Counted from the first letter of the stretch, positions 37,907 through 48,432 are shown. The stretch is DNA of 64,000 nt from a virus (IMGVR_UViG_3300001460_000022:5780-69779), one strand, 5' to 3'. Notes: generated by a model from the sequence alone, not told the origin. Translations and numbers: made by a program.

Positions 37907-39447
37907 TATATAAATAAGTATTGTATACTTCGTGATGCGGTTCCTTGTCCTAGATTTAAGTTGATGACATCATTAATAATATGAATTACATTTTCGTCAA
38001 CCATCTCATTCATTTCAGATGTTTTTGACTCTAAAACATTTCTAACGTCATAAATTCCCATACTTTGACTTGTGACTGCTTCCGCTGTAACTGAAGCTTG
38101 ACCCACTGTTTTCTTATCATTAACTACAATTTGATCTTCTAAATTCACTAAATCTAAAAACTTATGAAGCCTATTAATTTTATGAGTCTTATTTAATGTT
38201 TTTTTAAATTTTAACAAACCATCATTATCATCTTTATAAGCGAGATCTGTTGTAAATGTTATGCTTTCATTAATAGATCCTTCTGATTTTTGGAATGTTG
38301 TAGATCTAGCCTTTTCAACTATATCAGTAACTGGATGAAATAGTCTTTTTACTTTATCTTGATTAAATGTTTGATTTGAAATCCAAGAGGTTTTGGTATT
38401 TAAAAATTTTTCTCTGTTATTCCTACCTTTATTGCTATATGTAATAGATAAAGAATATTCTATAAATCTACCTTGTTTTGTTTCAGCGCCAGAATATGAT
38501 ATTCTTTCGTCTTGTGATCGAGAAGGGTCTGTGCTAAAAGATATTGTTAATGAACCTGAATCCCCATCCTTTGTAATGCCCTTTTCAATTGATACTGGTG
38601 TACCAAATTCAGTTTCATTCTCAGAAGCGATTTCATCAATAATTGTCGCCATAGCAGAAGTAATAACATTTTCAGAATTTCGACTGAGAGAAGTTAAGTT
38701 AACTGTGTGTGTTTTATTTATAAATCCATTTTCTCCTATCTCAAGAGCTTGTGTTTGATTTTTACTAACTCCTTTTACGCCATCTATAAAAGAAGAATCA
38801 ACTTTCTCTGATAAGGAAACTGATAGATCTATTAAATTATAAGTTTCTGTTATTAAACCCCTGAATCCCTTATCAATTTTTGCTTTTTCCGAGATTCCAT
38901 CTTCTTGATATCCTAAAGATGGTCTATTGGCGAAATAATAATTAGTTAAAAATGTTTTCGCATCATTTAAAAATTGACTGCCAGCCTCTTGTTTATATTG
39001 TAAAGATATATTTCTATTAGAAGAATAATCCCCGCCAGATCTTTGAAAGTCATAAGTCTCTTTAAAGTTTTCTACTAAATTAGGATTTGGTATTAGTTTA
39101 GAAAATGTTTTAGAAGAATAATCATCAAGCCTTCTTGATTCTTGTATCACTATAGAAACTATTTCAGAACCTACTAAAGTTCCAGCACTAAAATCAAACG
39201 ATTGTATTCTTCCTTTTAGATAATCGTCTGCTCCAATTCTGGCTACTATATTTTGCCTTTCATAAGCTGCTGTTATAGCATCTCTTCCTTGGATCAAAGT
39301 AGTATCATTTTGTTCAAAATTAATATCAGAGACATCTATTTCATATGTCCCTTCTACTTCATACCCAAATATTTCTTCTGTATCTAAATAAGAATAACTT
39401 ACCTCAACAGCGGAAGATAATACATTATTGACTATAAGTGCTGCCAT
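37906..39447 (-). CDS. Tail-tip structural protein (distal-tail position)
   Basis: Directly downstream of the tape measure. Beta-rich. Confidence 0.55.
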   Translation of the reverse strand: MAALIVNNVLSSAVEVSYSYLDTEEIFGYEVEGTYEIDVSDINFEQNDTTLIQGRDAITAAYERQNIVARIGADDYLKGRIQSFDFSAGTLVGSEIVSIVIQESRRLDDYSSKTFSKLIPNPNLVENFKETYDFQRSGGDYSSNRNISLQYKQEAGSQFLNDAKTFLTNYYFANRPSLGYQEDGISEKAKIDKGFRGLITETYNLIDLSVSLSEKVDSSFIDGVKGVSKNQTQALEIGENGFINKTHTVNLTSLSRNSENVITSAMATIIDEIASENETEFGTPVSIEKGITKDGDSGSLTISFSTDPSRSQDERISYSGAETKQGRFIEYSLSITYSNKGRNNREKFLNTKTSWISNQTFNQDKVKRLFHPVTDIVEKARSTTFQKSEGSINESITFTTDLAYKDDNDGLLKFKKTLNKTHKINRLHKFLDLVNLEDQIVVNDKKTVGQASVTAEAVTSQSMGIYDVRNVLESKTSEMNEMVDENVIHIINDVINLNLGQGTASRSIQYLFI

Positions 39448-39453
39448 AATAAA

Positions 39454-42400
39454 TTATTGTAAATCATCTACCTTGCCTTGTAATAGATCGACCTTGTTTT
39501 CTAGAGTAAGTAAATCTTTTCTTCTATTTTCCATGAATTTAGCGGCTTCTTCGACCAAAGCCGCTGCATTATTTGATGCTGTTAAATTCGATTCTGCAAA
39601 ATCCTTTACCTTCTCAAATGATCCGACAGAGTTTTTTAGTTCGCCTTGTAATGTTTTCAATGCTTCAGCGAAACCCTTTGTAGCCTCATTATTGTGAAGA
39701 GAATTAAAGGCTGTTTGAGATGCTGCCATTTCTGCCCTTAATGCCTCTTGTTGTTTAATTAATGATTTAGTTGATTGATCTAATTCTGCACCGAAATTAG
39801 TTTTTCCTATATTTACGAGGCTATCTGCAAATTTTGCTCGCTTGTCACCATCTTTTCCCTTTTCATTAACATTCTTATATTGGCCTCGAATAACAGCATT
39901 TCTTGCATCATCTATTTTTAATCTAAAGGCTTCAAGAGCCATTCCTGTTTTTCCTGTCGCTGCTGCAATTACTTCATTTACATTACCCAACCCTTTTGAA
40001 TCGAACCCTTCAAATAGTTGGCCCAGAGTTTGAGTTTCATTATCTGTTCTGTCTTTTTTGTTGATTAGATTAATGGCTCTCATAGCATCTTGAAAAGTCG
40101 CAGTAACATCAACTCCACCTTGTTTTATAAGATGATCACTCAATTTAGATAATCCTTCAGACATTCTTTTACGACCCTCTGATATTTTATCATCATTTTG
40201 AGCCATTAGTGCGCTAACATCTTCCATTTTGTTGAGAAATGATGTGCCAGCCTGTATAGCTGCTTTTTTAAACTTCTCTCCAGCTTCTGCCGCATTTTTT
40301 ATTAGCTCTTTGGTGTCTTGTAATCCTAAAGGTTTTTGTCTTTCTGCCGCTAATTTTGCGTCTGCCTTCATTTGATCTTGTCTTAACAAATTAATATTTG
40401 CTAATGCTGCATTCTGCTCTGAGGTTAACATTGTTGCAGATGCAAATGGGCTATCTTTACCTGCCGCCACTGTCAAACCAGATTGGATAGAAGCTCTTTC
40501 AGCCATACCCTTGACAGTTCTTCCCTTTAATCCTTTATTTACTCTTCCTTCAATATCTACAGCCTTTGACCTAGCAACAGCAAGTCTTTCGCTTGCTCTC
40601 GCAAGAGCATTATTTGCCTTTTCTAATTTTTTTTCATAATCCTCTTGCTCTCCAATGGTTTCAAATCTCATTCCAGCAAGGTCTCTTGAAGCTGCCGCTA
40701 ATCTATCTTGTGCTTGAGATAATTTCTCAAGATCTTGTTCTTCTTTTGAATATTCATCCTTTAAGGCTTTCATAGCCTGAACATATTCTTTTTGGATAAC
40801 GCTAGTGTCTTGACCTGCGGCTTGCATTTTGGTCATGTTTTCTGTCGCCCTGTCCATAAATCCCTGACTATTATTAAAGCCAAGTCTTCTATTTCTTGAT
40901 CCTGATGAAGAAACCTCTGCATATCTTTGCATAATTTTTGGATCAAGAGGCTCTGGTCCTTGAAACGCTGAAACTAGTCCTTTGCCCAAACTGCTTCCAG
41001 CAACCGCACCTACGCCTCCTCCTAATAAACCTCCAATTGCCATACCAACTGGCCCTCCAAAAGCTCCCGCCATAGCTCCTAATTTAGCCCCTGCCAATCC
41101 ACCAGCTAATGCTCCTCCTGCACCACCAAGTTCTTGATCTCTTTCTTGTGTAGTAATAGTTCCTGCTTTTTCCTGTTGGAAAGCATCGAAAGCACTAAAT
41201 CCAGCTAAACCAATAGCCAATGGGGCTCCACCAAGTTTGCCTAGTTTACCCACCTTTCCCATAGATCTAGTTCTGGCATTTGCGCTGCGTTGAAGATCAT
41301 TCGCTTTTCTTGTTGCAGTCTTACGATTAAACCCATCAGACATTAAAGACTTTTTTATAGCATGGCGACTTCGACCGCCCATAGGATCTTTGCTCATAGG
41401 CAAGCGACTCTGTATTCCCTGCCTCACCTTTGAGACTGCTCTAGTTCTACCAACAGAAGCTCCCACACGGCCCATCCCCGCTTGTACTCCTTTACCGACA
41501 CTTGAAAATGCTCTCCCGCCGATTCCTCCTGTGACCATATTAAGAGCAGACATTGCCATTAAAGCTGTCATCGCATGATTTGCGGCATTAGCAACGCCCT
41601 CTAGCCCACTATTGGCAGATGATTGCGCTCTTGAGGCATTATCAAGAAGCTGAATCTCTTGCATTTTAGTCGAGATACTTTTTTCGCTTGCCAGTATTTG
41701 ATCAATTTTAACTTCAGCGTCCATCTCAGTCGCATTAGCTGATTGATCTGTTGCAGAAGTAAGTGAGTTTAAAGCCATCTGCATTGAACCTAAAGCAATA
41801 ATGAAACCAGAAGCGCCGCTCATTAAACCGCCGCCACCCCCTTTTGCGTAATTTGGAATAAATCCTCCCGCAAACATGCCAATACCCTTGCGCTCTCTCT
41901 TTATAGCGTCTTGCACCCCGTTAGGCTCATCTCTTATATTTGTCAGAACCTTTCTTCCCTTATCATCAGAGTGTATCCTCATTAAAGACTGAGGAACGCC
42001 ACCTCCGTTAGCATAGTTTGGAACAAATCCTGCCGCAGCAGACATCGGAGCGCCCTTTCTTGGCAAGCTCCTCATGGTTTGTTGAATGAATTTATCTTTT
42101 TGCCCCTGACTGTTTTTAAAATCACCCCACTTGTAGTTCTTTCCAGTAATCCCAAATATTTCTTCTACAGCTTTATTGCCAGCAATATTAACATCTAAAG
42201 TATTGTTTCCTGTTCCAGATTTTATTCCACCAGTTACAGCCTCGATAATAGATTCAAAAATAGCTCCCCTTAATGCTCCAAAAGCACCTGCTCCACCCTC
42301 CTTTAAAACTCTTTGTTTTACTTGTTTCGTTGTAAACTTTCTAGGCTGCATTTTTAATTTGCCCCCACTCTTTGAAACAATGCTCTCCATAGAGTTATTA

Positions 42401-44565
42401 ACGCCTCTAGTTAAAGAAGCATCTAGGATTTGATCCATCCTTAACATTCTCCTAAACCCAGAGTCTTGTTTTAGATTGGGGTCTATTCCAGCAACACTTC
42501 CATCAAAACCCGAAAACCTTGATTCAAGTCTTTTTTTAGATTGGAAATTTGTCTTAAGAGCGCCTTCTAATAGAGCTTGAGCTTGAGGCACAAGCATCAG
42601 AGCTTTTTTACTATCTAAAGAGTCTGCATTATATCTAGGGAAGTTAGCTCCATCTGCCCTCTTAATAGCTCCTTTTCTATAGCCAGAGAGAGCCGCTTGC
42701 TCTGCTGATATTTGACCTGATTTTATTCTAGGAGATATTTGGGCTGCGCTTAAAGCAGGTCCAGCAAATCCTCCTATACCGAATTTATTATAATTAGGAA
42801 CAAATCCTCCAGCATAAGATGGTATTATAGCGGAGTCTTTGCCACCCGCAAAATTGCGGACCTCTGTCTCCTTATTATTCATGATAACTCTTCTCCCTTG
42901 AATCGTGCCATCACTTAACCTAGCTCTAACATCAGGAGGCGCTCCTAGCGCCCTTGCCTCTGCCTCTTCTGCTCTAAATCCCATACTGAATCTACCTCTT
43001 TTCCCAGTAAATCCACCTGTATTACTAAATCCTGTAACGCCTCTAGCAGCAGCCATATTAGCCAACCCTCTCATTAATTGAGCTTGTTGAGAGAGTAGAG
43101 CATTTTCTCTTTGAATTGCAGATATAACAGCTTGCTCTTTTTGAGCTTGGCTCATTGTAGTGCTTTCCATCTGCTTCCTCAAACTAGAATCTCTTTGAAG
43201 AAGCCCTACTATACCTCCTTCAATTTGTTTTATTTTCTCTGTTTGACTGCCCATTGAAAATAAAGCCCTCAAACCTTCTGATGCAAATTTAGCAACTAAT
43301 TTAAAAATTTTAACAAAAGCCGCTGTAAATATAACAACCGCTGGTCCACTTAAAAAAGAACCTATTGTTTTAAATAAACCTTTTACAAAAACATTCCCTT
43401 TCTCTGGATCTAAAGCTGTATTTAGAAAATCTGTAACTTTTGTTGCTATACCTACCAAGCCCTCAAGCAATGGACCAAATGTAACAGATCCAATCCTTTC
43501 AGCTAGAGAGGTGAGTCCTTGAACAAGTGAATTTATTTGAGCAGATATAGTTTCATTTAATAATTTATTTTTTTCAAAAGCTTCATTTGTGGCACTGGCA
43601 GCGGTCAAAGCAGCTTTTTGGAATATAGAAGTATTAGAACCCAAATCTTTTAATGAGGCACTAACTACGTTAATTTGGAAAACACCCCCTGCTAATTCCT
43701 TAATTTTAGAAACAACAGTGGGATCAGCGATACCTTCTATTGCATTAGATAAAGCCTGTAATTTTTGGACTCCAGACTGATTTGCATCAATCGCAACTCC
43801 TAATTCTTTCAGTTCTGAAATCGTTGTTCCTCTTTGTAGCCTTGTAAAAATAGATTTAAATGCGTTACCAATAACAGCACCTCCCCTTGAGGTTCTTTGT
43901 TCTACTGCTGTGATTAAACCAAGTAACTCATTAAAACTCACACCAGCATCCTCTGCTGTGGAACCTGCTCGCTGGAAAGCTGCGGCCAAATCATCCGTTG
44001 ATACAGCAAAAGCTGTATCCACAGCTACCATTTTATTAACAATCTGAGTATGAGAAAGTCCAGCAGATGTAAATCCATTTATAGCAGCAGTAAGAGCCTT
44101 TACAGACTTTTCTGCGTCCATGCCAGAAATCCTTGTAAGGATAAGGGCTGATTTAAGCCTAGAAGCAGTTTCTTCGGCACTTAAACCTTGCCTAGCTAAT
44201 TCTGCTGCTCCGTCTGCGACTGTAGCGAAAGACTGTCCTGTTTCTTTTGCTACTTGAAAGATAGAATTTCTAAACCTATTAAAATTACCTTCTGTTGCTT
44301 GAAAAATAGAATTAATTTCTGTTAATCTTTTTTGAACATCAATAGTTGTAGAAACAAGCTTTTTAAATGATTGCGTAACACCATTAATAACAACTGTGGT
44401 GGCACCAAAGGCAAAAACACGCGCAGTCGAAGCATCCAAAGATTTTTGGAACTCTGAAGCCTGTCCCGTAATCCTGCCTAAAGCCTGTTGAATCTGCTTT
44501 GTTGAAGCATTTAGGCTCTGTGGATTGAGACTTACATTTAAGGATGCATTTAAACTAGTCGCCAT
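39454..44565 (-). CDS. Tail tape measure protein (TP901-like core)
   Basis: 1703 aa, Ala/Gly-rich and helical. AELARQG, AVST.DLA and GAVIGNAFKSIFTR motifs, hydrophobic segments, glycine zippers, and GF(V/I)PNY repeats. Confidence 0.92.
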   Translation of the reverse strand: MATSLNASLNVSLNPQSLNASTKQIQQALGRITGQASEFQKSLDASTARVFAFGATTVVINGVTQSFKKLVSTTIDVQKRLTEINSIFQATEGNFNRFRNSIFQVAKETGQSFATVADGAAELARQGLSAEETASRLKSALILTRISGMDAEKSVKALTAAINGFTSAGLSHTQIVNKMVAVDTAFAVSTDDLAAAFQRAGSTAEDAGVSFNELLGLITAVEQRTSRGGAVIGNAFKSIFTRLQRGTTISELKELGVAIDANQSGVQKLQALSNAIEGIADPTVVSKIKELAGGVFQINVVSASLKDLGSNTSIFQKAALTAASATNEAFEKNKLLNETISAQINSLVQGLTSLAERIGSVTFGPLLEGLVGIATKVTDFLNTALDPEKGNVFVKGLFKTIGSFLSGPAVVIFTAAFVKIFKLVAKFASEGLRALFSMGSQTEKIKQIEGGIVGLLQRDSSLRKQMESTTMSQAQKEQAVISAIQRENALLSQQAQLMRGLANMAAARGVTGFSNTGGFTGKRGRFSMGFRAEEAEARALGAPPDVRARLSDGTIQGRRVIMNNKETEVRNFAGGKDSAIIPSYAGGFVPNYNKFGIGGFAGPALSAAQISPRIKSGQISAEQAALSGYRKGAIKRADGANFPRYNADSLDSKKALMLVPQAQALLEGALKTNFQSKKRLESRFSGFDGSVAGIDPNLKQDSGFRRMLRMDQILDASLTRGVNNSMESIVSKSGGKLKMQPRKFTTKQVKQRVLKEGGAGAFGALRGAIFESIIEAVTGGIKSGTGNNTLDVNIAGNKAVEEIFGITGKNYKWGDFKNSQGQKDKFIQQTMRSLPRKGAPMSAAAGFVPNYANGGGVPQSLMRIHSDDKGRKVLTNIRDEPNGVQDAIKRERKGIGMFAGGFIPNYAKGGGGGLMSGASGFIIALGSMQMALNSLTSATDQSANATEMDAEVKIDQILASEKSISTKMQEIQLLDNASRAQSSANSGLEGVANAANHAMTALMAMSALNMVTGGIGGRAFSSVGKGVQAGMGRVGASVGRTRAVSKVRQGIQSRLPMSKDPMGGRSRHAIKKSLMSDGFNRKTATRKANDLQRSANARTRSMGKVGKLGKLGGAPLAIGLAGFSAFDAFQQEKAGTITTQERDQELGGAGGALAGGLAGAKLGAMAGAFGGPVGMAIGGLLGGGVGAVAGSSLGKGLVSAFQGPEPLDPKIMQRYAEVSSSGSRNRRLGFNNSQGFMDRATENMTKMQAAGQDTSVIQKEYVQAMKALKDEYSKEEQDLEKLSQAQDRLAAASRDLAGMRFETIGEQEDYEKKLEKANNALARASERLAVARSKAVDIEGRVNKGLKGRTVKGMAERASIQSGLTVAAGKDSPFASATMLTSEQNAALANINLLRQDQMKADAKLAAERQKPLGLQDTKELIKNAAEAGEKFKKAAIQAGTSFLNKMEDVSALMAQNDDKISEGRKRMSEGLSKLSDHLIKQGGVDVTATFQDAMRAINLINKKDRTDNETQTLGQLFEGFDSKGLGNVNEVIAAATGKTGMALEAFRLKIDDARNAVIRGQYKNVNEKGKDGDKRAKFADSLVNIGKTNFGAELDQSTKSLIKQQEALRAEMAASQTAFNSLHNNEATKGFAEALKTLQGELKNSVGSFEKVKDFAESNLTASNNAAALVEEAAKFMENRRKDLLTLENKVDLLQGKVDDLQ

Positions 44566-44568
44566 ATA

Positions 44569-44581
44569 GTGTAAATTACAC
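44569..44581 (-). promoter_or_regulatory. GTGTAA motif (inverted pair) upstream of the tape measure gene
   Basis: Plus strand reads GTGTAA-A-TTACAC. The minus-strand copy ends 10 nt before the ATG. Confidence 0.6.
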
Positions 44582-44584
44582 CTA

Positions 44585-45454
44585 TCAGGTCAAAAAGTCC
44601 TCTGCTTTAAGACTCCCTCCTCTAGCTTTCATTTTCAGTTTTAAATCGTCTATACCGTGAGTAACTTTAGCTTCTCCTTCTTCCTTTTCTTCATATTCTA
44701 ATATTTTAAGAGGATCATTAGATATTTCTTCTGGAATTCTAACATTCTTCATTTTATTAAATAATGCATTAGATAATATTAATAGATTTTTTTGAAAAAT
44801 TGTAATGGTATTAAAATTTACATTAAATAATTTTAATGGGTCTCTATACTGTGCTGCGTAAATGTCAAAAAACCCTCCAAAAAAAGAAGCTCCTAAAACA
44901 TTTTCTTTACTGCTTAATTCGGCATATCTTTTAAAAAGAGCTTCTGTTATATCAGTATCAGATACTTCTTCTAAATTTTCTGAGAATTGCTTATCTAAAT
45001 AAACACATTGGCAAACCATTTTTTTTACTTTTTTTATTTCAGATAAGCTTTCTGCGCTGTAAGAGATTATTCTTTTTCTTTTAAAACTTAAATCTTGCAC
45101 TTCTTTTCTTTGATTTTCAATTTGACTATTGAAAACCTTTCTTTGAGTAGGATCTTGAATTTTAGCTAAAGCTGTAGTAGATTTTTTTATCATCCATTCC
45201 AAAGATTTTATTTTTTCTTCTTCAGAATCAGACCAAGATCCTGCTTTTTTAGCTTCTTTAATCAACTGATCTTCCGTGTGGATTCCAGATTTTATAGAAT
45301 TAGCAACATCCGTTTTTTGTTCTTCATCAAGTTGAAGAATTTCCGTAAACAAAAAATGTTTAAAATAGTAATTTTTATCAGAGACCTTTAACACGCTAAA
45401 GCCTCTTGATATATCTAAAAGATCTCCAGAATAATTTTTTTCATTATTCCTCAT
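44585..45454 (-). CDS. Tail assembly chaperone-like protein 2
   Basis: Charged helical ORF immediately upstream of the tape measure. Start moved to the ATG at 45454. Confidence 0.5.
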   Translation of the reverse strand: MRNNEKNYSGDLLDISRGFSVLKVSDKNYYFKHFLFTEILQLDEEQKTDVANSIKSGIHTEDQLIKEAKKAGSWSDSEEEKIKSLEWMIKKSTTALAKIQDPTQRKVFNSQIENQRKEVQDLSFKRKRIISYSAESLSEIKKVKKMVCQCVYLDKQFSENLEEVSDTDITEALFKRYAELSSKENVLGASFFGGFFDIYAAQYRDPLKLFNVNFNTITIFQKNLLILSNALFNKMKNVRIPEEISNDPLKILEYEEKEEGEAKVTHGIDDLKLKMKARGGSLKAEDFLT

Positions 45455-46274
45455 TTTCTTCAGGTTCGTCCTCTTCAAACAAATCGTCTAAAGATTTTTG
45501 AATACTTTCCTGATCTTTCCCAAGTTGATTATACCAAATGCTTGAGACTTTAATCAACGTATCAAAAGCTGCTTCATATAGTTTTCTTAATTTTAAAAAA
45601 TCTATTTCACTTAATCCTGTATCTTCTACAGAAACTTCATCTTCTTCATCTTCTTGTAAAAGCAAAAGTAAATTTCTTTTACTCTTATAAGATTCTCCTT
45701 GGAAAATGGGGAATAATTGAGTTCTATCTTTATCTTTAACTTTATCTTCGTAATAAGAAAAATTTAAAACCAACCATTCTATTAATTTTTGTTCAGCTTT
45801 CGCATCTGCTGTTTGACCGAATTGATCTCTTAATGAAATCTCGTATTCAAAAATAGTCTTTTTAGTTTCTGCAAAAGTTTTTTCTGCTTTTTTTAATTTG
45901 GCACTTTGTTCTTCATTTAGAGATTCTGATCCTCCAAAAAATTCAATAGTTCTCGCAGCGTCAATATTTTCTAAAACAATTTCACTAACTGTTTCCGAGG
46001 TTGATTTTGAAGTGATCCCACCTAAATCACCCATCTTTTTAGCGAGCATGGCTTTTGTCAAAAACCCAGCATTAATTAGTTCATTAAATTTTTGTCCATA
46101 AAAGAAATCCGCTTCTTCCCTTTGAACGATTGTTGGTTTAATAAAAACAATCCTATTTTTAATGGTTTTAGTTACTCTTTTTGTAGTCTCGACAGGACCA
46201 TCCTTTGTCTTTTTAATGTGAGGGACTTCAGATTTAACCTCTCTTTTAACATCAAATGAATATAACTCTTTCAT
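45444..46274 (-). CDS. Tail assembly chaperone-like protein 1
   Basis: Charged helical ORF between the tube genes and the tape measure. The ATG at 46274 follows TTGATT-16-TATAAT by 7 nt. Confidence 0.5.
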   Translation of the reverse strand: MKELYSFDVKREVKSEVPHIKKTKDGPVETTKRVTKTIKNRIVFIKPTIVQREEADFFYGQKFNELINAGFLTKAMLAKKMGDLGGITSKSTSETVSEIVLENIDAARTIEFFGGSESLNEEQSAKLKKAEKTFAETKKTIFEYEISLRDQFGQTADAKAEQKLIEWLVLNFSYYEDKVKDKDRTQLFPIFQGESYKSKRNLLLLLQEDEEDEVSVEDTGLSEIDFLKLRKLYEAAFDTLIKVSSIWYNQLGKDQESIQKSLDDLFEEDEPEENEE

Positions 46275-46305
46275 TGATAATATTATATGAAATATTAAGG
46301 CAAAA

Positions 46306-47562
46306 TCAAAATTTAAAAAATGAAAATGAGTCAATATCGAATATTTTTAGTTTAAATCCCGTGTTAATACTCGCTGCGCTATCAGAAGCAGCTATTAATG
46401 TGTTTATATCCGAAGTAAAGTGAACGTAAGATGGCCCATCAGTAGTAGTAAAGTAACTAGTTAAAAGAACAGCCTCTCCTCCAATTATTAAAAATATTGG
46501 ATTCCCAGAATCTTGAACTGCAAGAAGTTCGGCTAAATTATCATAAGGATCTGGCACATTCGTGGGATTAGAATCAAAAACAGCTTCTTTTATTGTAAGG
46601 CTATTCGCAGCAGTCAATACGTTTAAAGTTAATTTTTTTTCAAAATCAAAACCTGCTACTATGGGCCTGTAATATTCTTCAATTATATTTACGCTTGTTG
46701 TTTTTAAATAATCATTAATATTTGAAGGCAAAACCTTTGAAAAAGAAATATTATCTGGAAGTTCTTCGTTTAAAACTCCCACAGAGATATCTTGACTAGC
46801 ATGATCTGCTGTAGCAGAAATTGTTCGTGAAACCCAAGTTCCATCAGGATCAACAAAATAAACAACATCAGAAGCTTGCAGTTTAAAATGCTTCGCCATT
46901 ATAATATGTCTTTTTGTAATTGCTGTTGCTCCTCTTTTTCTAAAATCTAATGGACTACCATGCCCACGATTGTTCCAAACAACAACTGAGGTGAAATCAA
47001 TATCTTTACCCCAAAAATCAGTTGAACGAGCAGCATTAAATCCTCCCCCGTTTAATGTTCCATTCGGGTCTGTAAAAGATGTTAACATACTAGCATTAGC
47101 AGCTACACTCATTGTGTTGGTGATATTATCGTTAATTTGTGAGGTAGAATGTTTTGCTAAAGAGTTTTTTGATTGGCCTGTTACAGAAAGTGACAGTTCT
47201 GAAGTGCCATTTTTATGAAAAGATAAAGAATTTATACTTTTATCAGTGGCTCCATTGGATTTTCCTGTTACATCTAACCCATTCGCGATTAAAGTCTCAT
47301 CTTTGTAATAAGAAAATGTGCTGTTCGCATAATCATAATGGGCTTCTAAATCAAAAGGAACTCCACTTTGATAACCTCCAAAAAAGTTTCCGCTTTGATC
47401 AAACAAATAACCGTCTGCCCCAGAAAATGTTATTAAATTAGAAGAGTAAAATTTTCCACTCTCAAATAAAGATAATTCAAAACCACTATCAGGACTATTT
47501 ATAACCAAAGATATGTCATATATAGCATTTTGATAATCGGAAAAACTTTCATTTATAATCAT
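46306..47562 (-). CDS. Trypsin/chymotrypsin-like serine protease fused to an N-terminal beta domain
   Basis: GATAITKRHIIMAKHF (His), QDISVGVL (Asp) and QDSGNP (Ser) occur in canonical order. Confidence 0.7.
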   Translation of the reverse strand: MIINESFSDYQNAIYDISLVINSPDSGFELSLFESGKFYSSNLITFSGADGYLFDQSGNFFGGYQSGVPFDLEAHYDYANSTFSYYKDETLIANGLDVTGKSNGATDKSINSLSFHKNGTSELSLSVTGQSKNSLAKHSTSQINDNITNTMSVAANASMLTSFTDPNGTLNGGGFNAARSTDFWGKDIDFTSVVVWNNRGHGSPLDFRKRGATAITKRHIIMAKHFKLQASDVVYFVDPDGTWVSRTISATADHASQDISVGVLNEELPDNISFSKVLPSNINDYLKTTSVNIIEEYYRPIVAGFDFEKKLTLNVLTAANSLTIKEAVFDSNPTNVPDPYDNLAELLAVQDSGNPIFLIIGGEAVLLTSYFTTTDGPSYVHFTSDINTLIAASDSAASINTGFKLKIFDIDSFSFFKF

Positions 47563-48416
47563 TGTATTATGGGGAAGTAGTAAGAAAAGTTTACTGTAGT
47601 ATTATCGTCTAAATTAGCGGATTCATCAACATTTTCTAAACAACAACCACTAGTAATAAAATCCATTAAAGAGTTCCCAAGATCATCTTTTAAATCAATT
47701 TTAATTACTCCGCTATCACAAACAAGGCTAGAAAGATTTAATCCTGTTACAGAATTTTTAATCATACTTACTTCTAAAGACCCTCCTGCTGGTAGATCTG
47801 GATATCTAAAACTAGGATTCCTTTGTCCTATTCTGGTGACATTTTTTCTAGGCAAATCTACGGAAATAGAAAAATCTTGTAAATATAAACTTTGAGTATT
47901 TATTCCTTCCTGACCATTTGTTACAGTCGTAATCTCTATTTTTTGAGGTCTAGCAAAACCCTTTATAAAATCATCATTTGTTTGCTCCTCTATACTTATA
48001 GCTCCAGCATCACTAAAAGTTGCTCCAACACCCTCGTATGTTGCTCCCCCTTTTATAAGTTCTCCTACACTAGCATTTATCGAATAACTCGTTAAAGAAG
48101 CATCGTTAATTATTGTAGACCCAACAGTGTCTTTAATTTGAAAATCAAATTTTCCAGTAGTAAGAAACCCTCCATGTCTTTGTTGAAATTGATAAAATGG
48201 ATCAACCCCAGTCGCCCCTGTAGTTAAAAGCATTTCCATGTCTAGCGTAGTTGTTTGATTGGCTGTTAAAACTCTTTCAGCTATATTAATAGTTCCCAAT
48301 CTTTGAATATCTTGAACTTCTTTTGGGGTCGAGAAAGATAAAGAATTTACTGCGGGTATGCGTGAACCATCAATAAATAATTGAGTGTCACTGGAATGTA
48401 TTCTATCTACAGCCAT
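47559..48416 (-). CDS. Tail tube-like protein (paralog of 48484-49728)
   Basis: Shares SYSIN..VGE, Q..SI.V...R.N....G and LDDN.TV motifs with the major tube protein. ATG at 48416, with GTGTAA 10 nt upstream. Confidence 0.65.
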   Translation of the reverse strand: MAVDRIHSSDTQLFIDGSRIPAVNSLSFSTPKEVQDIQRLGTINIAERVLTANQTTTLDMEMLLTTGATGVDPFYQFQQRHGGFLTTGKFDFQIKDTVGSTIINDASLTSYSINASVGELIKGGATYEGVGATFSDAGAISIEEQTNDDFIKGFARPQKIEITTVTNGQEGINTQSLYLQDFSISVDLPRKNVTRIGQRNPSFRYPDLPAGGSLEVSMIKNSVTGLNLSSLVCDSGVIKIDLKDDLGNSLMDFITSGCCLENVDESANLDDNTTVNFSYYFPIIQ

Positions 48417-48432
48417 ACACCCTACTTTACAC

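Noticed and set aside
45440-45490. Programmed -1 frameshift between the two chaperone-like genes (lambda G/GT type)
   Set aside because: The downstream ORF is in the +1 frame, has its own ATG at 45454, and no XXXYYYZ slippery heptamer is visible in the overlap.
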